Below are positions 12,201 to 27,844 of a stretch of 64,000 nt of DNA, piece by piece. The notes beneath the pieces are model-generated. The model was not told the DNA's origin. It was given only the letters and a program-made list of their open reading frames with translations, and made no database searches. This stretch comes from Podospora anserina (lineage: Eukaryota), in assembly GCA_017654855.1 (NCBI GenBank), contig CM030332.1, forward strand, positions 7,254,001-7,318,000, read 5' to 3'. Positions within the stretch are counted from its first letter, which is position 1, and every line of letters begins with the position of its first letter. A program made the position numbers and the translations under genes.

Positions 12201-12840
12201 GCCATGTACCTCGAGCGGTCGCACGACCATTGGAACCACCCGGGCATCCTGGTGAGGACGGAAAATATCACAGCAAGGATTAGCATGAAGGAGGGGCTTA
12301 TCGTCGTGGGCGCCAAGTGAGGGGCAGTCTGAAGCATCGCCAATGTCTGAGAGGGGCAGCTCCGTGCCTCACGGCAATAGAATCACCACTCGCCGGACAC
12401 GTCACAAGGGAAGAAGTCAAGGGAGCACAGAGAGTAGTCACAAGAGAGAACTCGAGATGATATTATTTTTTTGAAAAATTCCAGCTGTTTGTGATCGTGA
12501 TCAACAGAGCCCTCGAGTACTTTGGTCACAGTAACCCGCTACAAGACGCAAGCTGCTGCAGTGAAGGCAGCCTGACCGGCGGGGCGGCAAGGCGCGGCGT
12601 TCCATTCTCCAATCAGAGGCCGTAGATTTCGAGGGCTTGACCCGCTTCCTGCTCAAAATTTTTGTGGTCTGTAGTGGGACCCACTTAAATTCTGCCTCTG
12701 CTGTCTTTACCCCACCAACCTGCCTCGCCCCTCCTCCTCTTGCCCTTAAAAACTTCAACCCCTCCAGAAATTCTTGACTTCCTCTCCCTCTTACTTCCTC
12801 CGTCGGCATACCTGATTCGAGCAATCTTACTGCCACTTCA

Positions 12841-12914
12841 GTACGTTACCCTTCTCGCATCATCAACAGTCACCCTCATCGAGAAGAACATCGCCTTCTA
12901 ACATCATCGCGCAG
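12841..12914 (+). other. Probable 5'-UTR intron of TEF1
   Basis: gtacgt donor, ctaac branch and cag acceptor, ending 44 nt before the ATG. Confidence 0.7.
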
Positions 12915-12942
12915 CGTATCCCTCAAACTTTTCGATCTGTGA

Positions 12943-14799
<1,857 letters not shown>

Positions 14800-15603
14800 A
14801 TCATTTCTTCCACCTAAACAGCAAAAACAAAAATTCGCTTCCAGGGACACAGGTCATTGGCCACCGAAAGGAAAGCGTCACGCGATGTGTGTTGGCGCTA
14901 CGGATCTCTTGGCTCAATTTGAGCAATCGGTTATTTGGTATGGGGCACAATTTTGAGGAGGGAAAGGTCATGGGTTTCTGCGGCAAAACTTTCTCATATG
15001 TGCTTTAGTACAAAATAGAGTCCCTTAGAGGTGATCACGAACGTTATGATCTTTTCTACTGTGAATATGTGTGCTTTGGTGTTGCTTGTGATTGTTACTC
15101 TCTCTTGATATGTTGTTGCCTGAGGTCATCACCTTTGCCTCTCTGAAGGTGGTGATGCTTGTCCATGGTGTTGTAAGTTGCGTGCTGGCAAGCAGTTCTC
15201 CAATGATGTCATGCCGTTCTGTGGTTCCACGCCATGATCTTGGCTTGTCTCTTCCCAAGCATCGACTCTCCCCACGTGGGGCCAACAACGAATCCGACAG
15301 GCAGACCGACCTCTTGTTCACCGACGAGTTGAGACCCTCATGCCAATACAAAAGAACACCACCGCGGTCCAGCCATGCTCAAACATGATCGACCGAGCGT
15401 TACCCCTCACTCGTTTGCTTCTCTATACTGACCGCCCAGAAAAATAGCCCTCGAGATGCATCACTATCCACGTCAGCCTCGGGCTTGGCTTCTCGACATG
15501 GTGTTTATAATATTCTGCTGAAGCAGCGTCGATATCCTCCCAGGCTGTCCCAGTTCCTATCGACATGAGCCTCATCTGCCAATAACACCCATTTCGTGTC
15601 TAG

Positions 15604-17431
15604 ATGGCCAGGCAATCTTCGTGGTCCTCGAGGACTCTCGCTCACTTTCGTCAAGGCGGCAAACTGGAGCCGTTCAGACTTCTCAGGCAAGATGCTCGCA
15701 ACCTTCGGAGGCGATGGGTGTCGGACTGGACAGTCTTCAACCAGCTCGTGGTAGCCAGCGCTGTCTACGTCTTTTTTACCAACATCCTGCCCGGCATCAC
15801 TTTTGCGAGTGATCTGTACGTTCTCACTGGGAGATCGTGGGGGACGATTGAGGTTGTTTTTAGCACTGGGTTGTGTGGTGTCATCTTTGCGGTGTAAGTC
15901 ACTGTCTGGTAGGAGTTGGTTATGGGTTTGGGGACTAATGGGATGTGCGTTGTGGTAGGTTCTCTGCTCAGCCGTTGACTATTCTTGGGGTTACTGGGCC
16001 GTTTTCGGTGCTGGCCGAGAATTTGTACGAGTTGTGCAGTGATAGCTTCAAGGTATGGTTGTTTGTGTATATATATATAGATATATATATTTCTTTTTGA
16101 GAAGCTCAGTCTGACTGGATTAGGTGCCCTTCCTGCCTGTTATGGCCTGGTCTCTTATCCATTCGGCCTGGATGCATTACCTTTTGGCCATCTTCAACGC
16201 CCACGACTGGACCATGCAGTATGTTACAGACTTCAGCGCCGATATATTCTCGCTGCTCAACAGCATCATCTACTTCCACAAGGCCGCCATGGAGCTCAAG
16301 CGGACGCACGAGCAGATGCCGCTGGACTCGTTTCTCTACGCCATGATTGGCGCTGTTGGGACGTGTTTGGTTGCTATACTCCTGTCCACGGCTACAAAGT
16401 GGAAGCCCCTTTTTGGGCGTGTCATCCGGATGGGATTGTCTGAGTATGCAGCTGCGATATCGATTATTCTGTTTGTTGGGATTCCGTATATTGGAGACCT
16501 GGCCGACTTGGATCATGGCCGGCTTGCGGTGCAGACTTCTTTCCGGCCGACGAATCCAGAGCGCGAGGTGTTTTTTGTGAGGTTCTGGGAGCTGCCTGTG
16601 GAGTGGGTGTTTATCTCGATCATCCCAGGGGCGATCATCACGATACTTTTCTATTTTGACCATGAGATCAACAGCATCATCTGCACTGTCGACCGGTACG
16701 GGGTGAAGAAACCTGGAGGATATGCTTGGGATATTGCCTTGCTGGGCACGACAACGGCCTTGTGTGGGATATTGGGTATCCCGCCGGCCAACGGGCTGTT
16801 GCCACAGGCACCACTTCATTCAGAATCCCTGCGGCATTGGGTAGTTGATGAGGATCAAGTTGTTCCGGCCCCCGAAGAAGAAGAAGGAAGCGGCGCCCAT
16901 ACGAACCTTGTTCCCAGGGTCTACGAACAGCGATACTCCCACTTCCTGCAAGCAGCCATGATAATGGTGTTTGTCAGCCCGCCTTTCCAGCGAGTCTTGG
17001 GTCTGACACCGACTTCGGTGTTGGCGGGATTGTTCATGTTTATGGGTTATCAGTCCCTCAGTGTGAACCCTATGCTGACGAGGTTCTTTCACTTGCTCAC
17101 ACCGCCATCTGAGCTGCCCGAGTTGCCTGCGGGGGTGGGTTGGGGAGGGGTGCATGCTTATACTGTCACGCAGATTTTGGTCACGGTGGGGATCTTTGCC
17201 GTGACGCTTACGGTTGCGGCGCCGGGGTTTCCGCTGTTGATCATCATCTTGGTGCCGGTGAGGTTGTGTGTGATGAATCGGGTTTGGGGGAGGGAGACGT
17301 TGAGGTTTGTAGATGGCTGGGCCTGTCGGGAGGGGAAGCCGGAGGATGATGAGATGGTGGGAGGGGATGAGGGGTTTGTGGCCGGGGGAAGAGACGTGGA
17401 GGATGGAGGGGAGAGGTCCAAGAGTCAATGA
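15604..17431 (+). CDS. SLC4/HCO3- cotransporter family protein (BOR1-like borate exporter)
   Basis: FFTNILPGITFA, QPLTILGVTGP, LFYFDH and PPANGLLPQAPLH motifs. Introns at 15894-15958 and about 16053-16123. Confidence 0.9.
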
Positions 17432-17895
17432 CAGCAGGGGAGGGAGGTGTCTGGATGCCGAGATTGGACGATGTTTGGGAGTCCATTCAGTTTCGGGGTC
17501 CGGGAAGAGATGCCTTTATCATTCTTGAGCTCATTTTGTCACTGTCAAAGGTCGACATCAAGCATTAGAATAAGCACTTCGAACTTATTTGGCAGTTTTT
17601 TTTTTTTTTTTTTTTTGCAACTATCTACCTAACCGAACACCCGGCTCCCAAGAATCGAACAGCCAGTTCTCGAGAAGGGATTAAAAGAAACTATGAGAGA
17701 AAGCCAACCGAAAACGCCTTGGTGTCAGTATCTGGTGTACACAACTTCATACCCATCGCTTTGAAAATGCAAACATCTATCATCTTTGCCCCGCCCCCAT
17801 TTACAAAACAGTCGTTAATCCTTGGCAACTCGTGTACATCTTGCTTCAGACTCAAAAAGAAGGAGAGAGAAGACAAAAGAAAAGGCGGGCATGTT

Positions 17896-19092
17896 TTAAA
17901 CATCACCATACCGGCTGTTCTGGTTCTGGTTGCCATTGTGATGCCCCTGGCTCTGGTAGTACCTCTGGTTTCCGAAACCGGCTGCCCTCCTCGAGCCCTG
18001 AGCGGACTGCCGGAGGACGTTGAGCTCCTCGTCGCTGGAGGTGGTGGCCGTGCTCTCGGACTTTCTGAACCCGCCCTGCTTCCTCCACTTGCTGCTCATC
18101 ATGACACCGAACACCATGCAGGGGTTGAACACGTTCATCACCACCACGGCAATGAGGATCATGACCGACTCGAACGCGATGAAGAGATCCTCCCTCGCCA
18201 TGAGGGGGCCGTTCCAGCCCTCGGACAGCTCCGCGACACGGAAGCACGACCGCCAGAAGATGGCAACGGTGCTGACCGCGAGCGCGATCATGATGGCCTT
18301 GAACATGAACCCCTGACGGATGGACTTGGCAGGCTCGGCTTGCTCGAACCCGGCGTCGGGTCCGTAGGTCTTTTTGCGGTTGCGGACCCGGAGGAGGAAC
18401 TCGCCCGACACGGCGAGGAAGACGGCGAGGATGAAGACCTGGAAGGAGAGACCGGCGATCATGATGTTGTTGCCCATGTTGAGGAGGTCGATGTCGTCCG
18501 AGGCGGCGGCGATGCCACCTCCCGAGGCTTGGAGGACAAGAGAGACGACGTCGCAGGGGATGAACTGGTTTTGGTCAGCACTCTGGCCTTTCAAGATGTG
18601 AAGAAAAAGTTGGGGCGGGCGACTCACGATGCGGGTATACCAACCGGCGGGCAACCTGCTGCTCTCCTCACCATAGACGCTCACCACCTTGGCCAGGCAA
18701 GTGTAGATACCTGCAGCCAAAAACGCCGGTCCAATCGTCAGAGTCACAATCTGAATCATGAAGCCCATGTCGTCCCAGGGGTTCTTGGCCGATGCGGCTC
18801 TCCCGGCGTAACCGATGATTTCACACAGCAGCCCAAGACACATCATGACGGTGAAAAAGGTGCCCTGGCGGCGGGAGCGGAAGTAGGTGATGATGAAGGC
18901 GATGAAGGAGACGCCGAAGAGGGCGGCGAAGATGGCGTTGGTGGTGAGGGAGGGGATCTTTTCCCAGACGCCCTCGATGGGAGGTTGGGCGTCGAAGCAG
19001 AACTGAGCTGTTGTGGCGGCGCAGTATTTCTCCCACGTGTCGTAGCCTTCGGGAGCAGGCCCGTGGTTGTCTTCGTTGACGGTGGAGGACAT
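17896..19092 (-). CDS. RTA1-like (lipid-translocating exporter family) membrane protein
   Basis: EIIGYAGR, IGPAFLAAGIY, DVVSLVLQASGGG and RSCFRVAEL motifs. Probable in-frame intron at about 18567-18628. Confidence 0.9.
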   Translation of the reverse strand: MSSTVNEDNHGPAPEGYDTWEKYCAATTAQFCFDAQPPIEGVWEKIPSLTTNAIFAALFGVSFIAFIITYFRSRRQGTFFTVMMCLGLLCEIIGYAGRAASAKNPWDDMGFMIQIVTLTIGPAFLAAGIYTCLAKVVSVYGEESSRLPAGWYTRIVSRPPQLFLHILKGQSADQNQFIPCDVVSLVLQASGGGIAAASDDIDLLNMGNNIMIAGLSFQVFILAVFLAVSGEFLLRVRNRKKTYGPDAGFEQAEPAKSIRQGFMFKAIMIALAVSTVAIFWRSCFRVAELSEGWNGPLMAREDLFIAFESVMILIAVVVMNVFNPCMVFGVMMSSKWRKQGGFRKSESTATTSSDEELNVLRQSAQGSRRAAGFGNQRYYQSQGHHNGNQNQNSRYGDV

Positions 19093-22000
19093 TGCGGCTG
19101 TTGGTGGTGGTGATCTGTTGGGAACGGTGTTGGAGACGGTGGGGATTACGGGCTAGGCCCAGTGGATAACGATGGTTGGGAGGTTCAAATACTGCTGTGT
19201 GAAGGTGTCGTTGCCTGTCTCTTATGTCCGATGAGTGGAAGTTGAAGAGATGGTTGTATACGGAGTTCAGGTTCTTGATCCCAGGCGAGAGGGAGATAGA
19301 GGGGGTATAAGAGTGATAAGTGGAGGGGAAAGAGACTGATATCACAGCCTTCTTGTTGTGCCTGAAGGTTATAGTTTCAGCTGGAGCATGTCTCGGAGGA
19401 CCGGGTGTGGTAGAGATTCAGGAGGAAGGGTCTTTTATGAGAGGTATGTTTGTCCATTGTCTGTCTCCGGTCCAGCCCCCCGTTCCCTTCACCATCGGAC
19501 CCCGGGCTCCAATTCTTTCCTTTTTTGACCCGTTACCACACACGAGGGATTGTTCTTTTGTTTGGTACCACCGTGACGTACCCCCCGTACCTGCCCCCGT
19601 TGGTGCCGCCGAAGGGGAGGGGGTTGTCCTTGTCTCGGGAGGGCTATGCTGTCTGGGTGAGATACAGGTCTCACCTATCAACGGGCAAGGGTCTTGGTCA
19701 TCTTGGGTCCGGGCATTAGGGCCTTGTAGACGTGGGCATGGGGAAAACAGAGAAAGGTGACGCAAGCAAATGCAAGCAGATGAGAGGTTGGCTTGTTCCG
19801 AGCCATTGGATCTTCGTGTCAGGTAGGGTTCTGACGAGAGGTTAGTTCAGTACAGTAAAGTGTATTGCGTTTGTAAGAAACAAACAGACGGCAGGTTCTC
19901 AAAAAATACACTGCCTCACTGACCGACCGACGCAACGGGTCGTGGCTCGTGGGTGAGACCCAGCCTTGTTCGCCTCGTGGACGTTGCAACCTATCGACCC
20001 GGTACGGAATCAACGCGCGCCAGCTTCCTCCCGTTGGTGATGTCGCACGGCGTGATGCGCTGAGGCTGCTTGAGCGTTGGATAGGAATTTGCTGGTGTGG
20101 TGCGATGGGATTTCCGAATTCACGTCCGACCAATCCTTCCTGGGACGACCGCAAAGAGATCAACAGGGGGCTCTCGGATGCATTGGCTCGCACTTTTGTC
20201 CGGCTCTTTGGGTATCAGTTGTCGAAAGTCTTCCTCGAGCGGCGGTGTATGTGGCACCGTTGCTTCGGCGCAAAATGTTGCTGTAAAAGCGGGAGTTCCC
20301 ATTTTGCGTGGGCGTGGGCGCGGGTACGGAACCGGAGTGCTATTGACATCTGCAGGGCCGAGACCAGCCGTATAATTGTTCGCCAGGCCCACGTATCTGA
20401 TTCTAAAATTCCGATTATGCCACATGGCGGCGTGTCATCTCCCAAGCGCGGAATTAGTCCTTTGTTGGCGTGGTGAATTCCGAGCAGGCGACACCTCTCA
20501 TAGGTAGTTCAGCATCGTGACCATCGAGTACTAAATCGTTGATAAGAGAAGAAGAAGATCATCACCCAAGTGAGCCGCAAAGCGCTCTGGGTATCGGTAA
20601 TCTGTAATACCTGATCATCCTCTCATCAGAGGTCAGTGTCGACGGAGGTCGCGGATAACAAGGCGCACGTAGCCAACACAGGCAGATCCGAATGGGGTCA
20701 CTTTTGGCAACAGAAGGATTCCCAACCGGGCTTACTGACATGGCAAACTGAAAGCCAAGACATCTATAAGATACCCTCGCTCACCGTCCCTCTCGCCTGC
20801 TCTGTCCTCGATTTCTTCAGCTTTTGTTCCTGTCTCACACAGTGCCTCCATTCCTCTCCCATACTTCCCGAAAGGACCGACAGTTCAAATCCTCGCTGAG
20901 ACCCCGAAGAATAATAACATGCACTGGAAATGTATGTTTCTTCCTGATCTACACACCAACGTCTTCCACCACTTCCATGGAACAGGAACCAAAAAATAGG
21001 AACAGGCATAAGATCATCCCCTTCCACATGTCAACCGGGTTTAGGCCTCTCAACACAATGCATGCGATTAACCTGAGACATCACATTGGAACAGAAACTG
21101 AGATCCGTCCCCTCTCCAACACAAGGTAGGGTTCCATCTTCCCAGATCTGTTTGCGTCACCGCACCAAGCAAAGACCCTTGATCCAACCACCACCCAAGT
21201 ATCAACTCGAGTTTTCTTCTGTCGGCCCTAATCGCCGCCCCCATTGCATGGAACGGAGCCGGAGCAACACCTCGTGCAACCCGCTCCCGCCTCTTCCCGC
21301 CGCCCAGCTGTGTAAGCTGAGCGCCCATGCCGCCCACCTGATTGGCCAACCCGACAGGTTGGGCTCTCACTGTTTCATCCTGCAGTACGTACACACTATC
21401 AGTAAGGCTGGCGCAACAGCCAACTCTGCCTGTAATGACACATACGGTATTTTACCCCATCCTTGAGCCGGGAATCTCTCCTAGATCTCCTCACCCCCTC
21501 CCCACCCTTCCAGTCGAATTCCGCCCCGTTTCCCCCGGTTGTGTGTAGGACGAGAGCGTATCATCTTCGGCCCGAACGAAAAAGCAAAGCACAGAATACA
21601 GATTCAAGATAAGATCTGGCAGGCGGAAAGGAAGGATCTCGTACATTCGAGATCTGGTGCGTGGCACAACTCGCTTGCCTGAACCGTTCAGTGGTTGATA
21701 TGGCTGCCTGCCCCGACTCACGCCGTCTTGTCAATGCCCTGGCAGGGAGACATGGTGATAAAGCACATCAAGTTCCCACCGCTTCTTGACTCTCCTCTCT
21801 CCGATAAAACCGATGACACCCAAAACTTGGAAACATCTCCATTCAACTCCCAGCATCGCACCCACGTGGACTTAATCATGGCTGGAAAAGATAACGGTGA
21901 AGCTCGCTACCTCGCTACCATGGTCTGGGGATGGCACCCTCTCAAACTTCTCTTCTCTTCAGCCAAAAGAGCCACGGGGCCGGAGGGTAAATTGGAGGTA

Positions 22001-22719
22001 CAAACAATAGGCAGTGAAAACAAAACCGCGAGGACCGGGACCCGATATCATCATCCATCTGTCGGTCTTTCTGGCCGAGTTCCAGACGATGACGATGAGA
22101 CAGGCCAGATGTCTACTCTATCTCGCGTCTCAGATCTCAGATCAGATCTTCAAATCCCAACTAACCCTCCCGCTCTCCTCAAAGGGCCACTGAGACGTAA
22201 ATCTTCAAATCCACTTCCACAGATCTTGTCCATGAATATCGCCCGACTGTCATTACTCTTTGCATGCGTATGTCTGTATCTATCCAACTGTAGTAACCAT
22301 GTATACCTATGCAAAACAAGACAAAAAAAAAAAAAAAAAAAAGCCTCGCAACCAGCAGTTCCAGGCCACAATGCCCAGCGACCAGATAGCGTTCTGTTAA
22401 TCTCGGTCAAAGGCCTTTCCCATAGGATTATTTGTCACCCCCCTGACTGTTCTTTTCCCAATCTAGAACCCAAAGAAAAACCAATCTTGAATGAATGAAA
22501 CAGCTCATAATCAAACGCCAAAATGCATCATCCTAATCAACCTCTCACTTCTTCAACCCAACGCTTGCAGCCGACCCCTTCCTCGAATGCACCGACCCGC
22601 TCCCACCACCCTCATCCGAACTTCCCGCTCCACCTCCCGGACTGCTAGCAGTCAACCCAGCAATATCATTCGCGCTCGTCGTGACCCCCCCGACGGCCTT
22701 ACCTTTGCAACATTCCTCG

Positions 22720-25067
22720 TCAGTGTTCTTCTGCCCCTCCTTCCCCATCAAGAACAGCAACAGCGTCGGAGAACTTACTGGCACCCAGACTAATTCCCCT
22801 CCCTCCCCTCATAGAGTCAAAACTCATATGACTCCCTCCCGTCCCCCTCCTCTTTGGAGTAGTCATCATGTTCATCATCCCCGTCATCCCCGTCGTGGCG
22901 GCGTGAGGGCCAGTGTCGCCAGCTGGACTGTCTGCGAACCCGTCCGTCATCTCCGCTTTGGACACGGGCGTGTGCGGGGAGTTTGGGTAGTCCTCGCCAC
23001 CGGAAGCAGCTATCTCGGCAGCTAGGTTCCCCTTGCTAGCCCTCGGCCTGGCAATCCTACTTGTCCTAGGTGGCAAGACGGTGGGTTGGAGCTGTAGCTG
23101 CTGCTGTGTTGTCGGCGAAGGGATGTGGCTCTCCCTCGACCATGGCCTCTCACGGTCCTGAAACTGTGGCAGGCCCTTCGACTCAAACTTCAACGGGCTT
23201 TCTAGCCTCTTTGTAGGTGACACCCCCCATTCACTTTGCGCCTCCTCCATCTCCTCCCCAGTCCCGGCCGCGTCCTCATTTGAACTCCCATTCAACTCCA
23301 CGACCCTCACTGTTTCTTCCCCAACCGCTGTGCTGACATCACTATCAGCCACATCACTTCCCCTAGCCAGGTGGCTTCCCCTTCTTAGCCCACTCTCCAT
23401 CTTGACCAAGTCTGTGTGCTGTTTTCTGACAGTTCTATACCGCTCATACTCCTCCCTCGTATGCTCCGCCCCAGTGAAACTCTCCAGCGCATCAAAGACA
23501 TGCTGGAAAACCAACTTGTCCACGTCCCTCGCCCACAAAAAGTCCAGGTGCTCATAGTGTGGGATCTCGTTGGCTAGCGTTTGACTAGGAAGCTCCTTCA
23601 GCATGGCCTTGATATCGACCAACGAGTCACTACCTCCGTATACGAGCACGATCGGCGTCTTGATGTTCCTCGTCGGGTACCTAGCGACTTTGGTGTACTT
23701 GTTGCTGGTGGCTGAGATCAGGGGCCGGTGGACATCGTCATCATACATCTGGAAGGACTTGGTTCGTATGATCTGGAACCAGTGTACCACTGATTTTGTT
23801 GAGGTGAACGAGTAGAGATGAGGGTAAGCGGCCAGTTTCTGCGAAGTGCTGATGTTTTTGGTTTGCCAGTTGAAGAGAAAGGAGAGACCTAGATCGATGA
23901 GCTTGGTGAACAGTGGTGGATAGAGGATTGACTGCCACATGGTGGCCGAGCTGAGTATGGACCGCCGGCCGAAAAGGAGGAACAGCACCTGTGGCGAGGC
24001 CTTGACCAGAGCGTCAACTATGCCGTTAGACAAGCCCGCTGGCGACATGGCTGGCGCCAGAGCGATAAAGACATTGACCTGCTCGTTGAGCTTGGGGTGG
24101 ATGGACAAGCTGGCAAAAGCCTGCGCGGTGCCTTGGGAGAAGCCGATGTAGGAGAGGGACGGCTGGCCGGTGATCTCGAGAATGTAGCTGATGCTATTAG
24201 GAATATCGTGGAGGGCAAATTGGTCAATGGAAAAGTTCCAAAACTCAGTCGTCGTGGGGGAATATCGGATCGACTTTTTCGAGTACTTGTTGCCCCTGTT
24301 GTTTCCGAGCTAGAGATATGATCAGCCATGTGCCCTCTCCTCGGCACCCCATTTTGAGGTTACCTACCCAAACGTCAAAACCCTTCTCCACCAACGCAAA
24401 GGGCAAAGCGCGCTGCTCATCCGTCAAGCAAACCCACACCTCGCTGTTCATTAGCAGCCCATGGTGCAGGTAAACCACCTTCTTCCTGACGCTGGTCGGC
24501 CCGCGATTCACCCTCCGTTCCTCCTCCCCCTTCCGCCATGCAAGTCTGTGTATTCCCAGCAAATACCCATCCTCGGTTCGTACCACGTGTTCCTCGGCGG
24601 TGTAGCCAAACATGGCACATAAATCGACGAAATCGGAGGCATCGCGAATCGAGGCCGAGACCGCTGGATTTCACCGTCAGTATTGTTACCCCTAGCATCT
24701 TCCAGCACAAACAACATGCATTTTCTCCTCTGCTCTGCCCGCTTCTGCGCTGGACTAGTCCACCTATTAAACAGACGTCTCGAGATCCCGTAACATAGCT
24801 GTAATAACGACGGCGCTGAACAATATGATTAGCTCGGGAGCTCAATCTGGGTGGAGATCAAGATAGGGGGCCGTCTCACGCAAAGCAAGCGTAAATATTC
24901 GAATAAAGGCCTCGAGCCCTACAAGCAAAAAGGATCCAACAAGGGCGGCATATTCGGTGCTATTTCTCCCAAATAAACCATCTTATCAGTAAATTGTTGT
25001 TGTCTCTCTGCCACCACGGGGTGTGAATGTCTCACGGGTTAAGGCGCCCCAGAAAGGGGACAGGCAT
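22720..25067 (-). CDS. AB-hydrolase lipase / sterol esterase (TGL1/YEH-like)
   Basis: Spliced N-terminus MPVPFLGRLNPTEYAALVGSFLLVGLE. Motifs EEHVVRTEDGYLL, HHGLLMNSEVW, nucleophile GFSQG and YEHLDFLW. Several GT-AG introns between 24310 and 25035. Confidence 0.9.
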
Positions 25068-26109
25068 CTTGGCGGGCTTGCTGTATTCCACTGGTTGGCT
25101 CTTATCTGACGACCATTGGCGCGCTTTTCGTATGCCGGACGTTGTTTGGGTGAATTTGTGTAAATATCAATCAATCTGAAAACAACTTGCAAAAGGGAAA
25201 CATTCCTATATCGTACAAAAGGACCGTAACAATCTTCTCGGAGCGAGCCGATTGGGGGTGCGAGGCGAGGATCGAGGGAAGCTTGCTCCACCGCCTGTCA
25301 GAAGGTTGTTAGTTAGGTGAAGGCTGCTGCTGAAACGGGGCGATGTGATGTCACAGGTGTCAGAGCGTCACATGCAAAATTGTTGGAGCTTGCTGTGCCG
25401 TCCCGCAATGTATGTACAGCTTGCATAGTACTCCGTAGTGTGGAAGTCTTTATATTGAACAACTGGCACGCTGGGTTCTTTTGCAACGAATTCAAAGTTT
25501 GGAGGCAAACATTGTCTTTTCATTATTGATGCAGGGCGTAAGCCTGGGATGATACGGATGATATCAGGGTTGCGTGTGGCCAGGGTTGTATATGGCATGC
25601 AATATCCACCCTGTCATGGTTGTTGTCACCCTCGGTGTGGCTAAATAAAGGCGTACCCAAAACATGGCCTTCTGAGTAAAGTTCATAAACAGAACACGAG
25701 CAAATGGCGTAAACGCCTATCTCTCAACAGCTAGTGACTCCGATGGTGTAAACCACCGCCTGACTGGCCCGCAGGGAAAATAAATATCTTCCCCGACGCA
25801 CATGCAACAGGGTAGGTTGACCACAACCATCATCACCATCAACCCTTGTCATTGATTCGGCAGAGTGGATCTTGAGGATTCATCGAAGAGGGAAACCATT
25901 AAGAAGGTGTTTGACTGTCAGCTACGGGTCAGAGCCTGACAGAGATGAGCAACCTCCTCACTGAAGGGTGCTTTTAGTTCTTTCCAAACCAGTCCCCTTC
26001 AGGTCAAATCATCTGCCAAACTCGGTTGAACGCCTTCGTCACGTCGAGTATTCTCTGGTATCATCAAATCCAATCCATATCGCCATTACTCCTCTGACTA
26101 GTGCTCATT

Positions 26110-27588
26110 ATGACTTACGCATCTTCTAACAAAATTCCTCGCTGGCGGCCGTTGACCCTCACGCCTATCAAGGTAAAGGGCCGCGGTCGCAAGCCGAAGT
26201 GGCAGCCCCCCAACCCTGCGCAGCTTCAGAGCTTGATGGAGGAGCGCCGAAGGAAAAGAGAGGAGGAGAACGGCCACGATGATGTCGACGGTATTTCATC
26301 CAGGTCTTCCAAACGGTCCAAGCAGTCCTTCCCACCGAAGTCTAGGCTCGAGTCGCTACCCCCCGAAATGCTCTGGCCCATAGCCGTCAGGTCACAGAAC
26401 CTGCATCTCCTGAGGGTCAGCAAGTTTCTTCGAGGTCTCTTGTCAGACAGATCATTTGAACTCGAAATGGCTGTGGCGGCATTCGGCCCAACATGGGATA
26501 TGTATTTCGGCCGGCCGAGGAGCACTACTGGTAGCCCTCCTGAACCTGAACAGTTTCCCGGGGACCCCAAATTCCAGGTCAGTGTTATGCTCTATTTTGA
26601 TTAGCGAAGCGTGTCTCCGAAAGCTTGCTGCCCTCTTAGCCATCCTTCGAAACCGGTTGGCTATTTGAAAGAGTTTCCAGGATCCTTTGAGGTGTGGTTG
26701 AGCAATGCTATCCTACTTTTTAACATCTCGACCCAGCCGTTCCATATTATGACATCGCCTTTTGACCGAACACAGCGCTGACACGTCTTTCTATAGGGCA
26801 ATGTGCTTGCTGCGCGTCTCATGCATGACACGCGCTACATGAATGTTGATTTCATCCTCAAAGCCCAGCAGGTCTGGTGTCGCCAAGAGCGCACAGAGAG
26901 GCACATGGAAAAAGCGGCGTGCATCTTGTGGAAACCGCCGACCCAGGTACAGCCAAAACAAGAGGGATCGGAAGCCAACAAAGACCAGCGAGCTGAAGAG
27001 AAGCAAGAACTTGGATACAGGGAGCGAGAAGTGGAGAAGATCAGGGAGAGGTTCGACGAAGACTGGCAAGAGTTTTGCGACGCCTGCCCGTTTAACAACA
27101 CAACGAAACTCGAATATGAGATCGGAACGAATACGCAGGGCCCTAAAGGCGGCTATCTGGACCTCCACCCTTTGACACCAATTCCCGATCGGATCTTGAA
27201 AGGGCCATTTGACTGGGAATCAGTCAAATTACTCTTCTGGCTGGTTCGTGGAGGGGCCCGCATATTGCCCGAGCACAACTGGGAGGCCACCAAACACGGA
27301 TTCGAACAGATCATGAACATGGAGAGTCGGCTGGGCATCTATGTGCTCACCCTCTTCGACATTCTCGGCGTGTTCAAGAAGGAGCATTGGCCACCATTTT
27401 TGCTCGACGAGAAAATGAAATGGGTCAAAGAGACAAGGCGGGTTGAGATGTCTGCTCAATCGTGGAAGTACCGTCTGTCCATTCTTGCGCATCGCATGTT
27501 TTTGTCGCGCCAGGAACAGGAAGAGAACTCGCGCCTGGGACGGGATAGTTTGAATAGTGAGAGGAGGGACAGGGGACCGAGGAGGTGA
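26110..27588 (+). CDS. Hypothetical protein with a possible F-box-like segment (SRLESLPPEMLWPI)
   Basis: Two ORFs (26101.. and 26803..) join in frame through an intron at 26578-26796 (gtcagt...gctgac...tag). Confidence 0.7.
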
Positions 27589-27786
27589 GACTGCGGCGTT
27601 AATGACCATCCTTTGTCTCCAGCGGGTTGTTCATAGAAATAGCTCTTTTGCTGTATGGAAAAGCGTCAATATAATAATTGCAAGCTTACTGGCTCTCTGT
27701 GGCACCCTCCCCACAAAGTGATTGGCACAGCAAAAGTAAGTTAACGCATATCAGACTACAAACCATGCCTCTAAAGCAAATCAACG

Positions 27787-27844
27787 GGCCTATTAACTAT
27801 CCCCGAAGGCCTGTTAACTATCTTGAAAGGCCTGTTAATTATGC
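27787..27844. repeat. 21-nt tandem repeat, about 2.7 copies (ggcctRttaaYtat...)
   Basis: ggcctattaactatccccgaa / ggcctgttaactatcttgaaa / ggcctgttaattatgc. Confidence 0.75.

Noticed and set aside
17719-19113. 464-aa plus-strand ORF antisense to the RTA1 gene (similar cases at 13609-14850, 5137-5994 and 43382-44221)
   Set aside because: Shadow ORFs produced by codon bias of the real gene on the opposite strand. No recognisable motifs.
21695-22498. 267-aa ORF between the RTA1 and lipase genes
   Set aside because: It has a non-ATG start, runs through a poly-A tract and has no recognisable domain.
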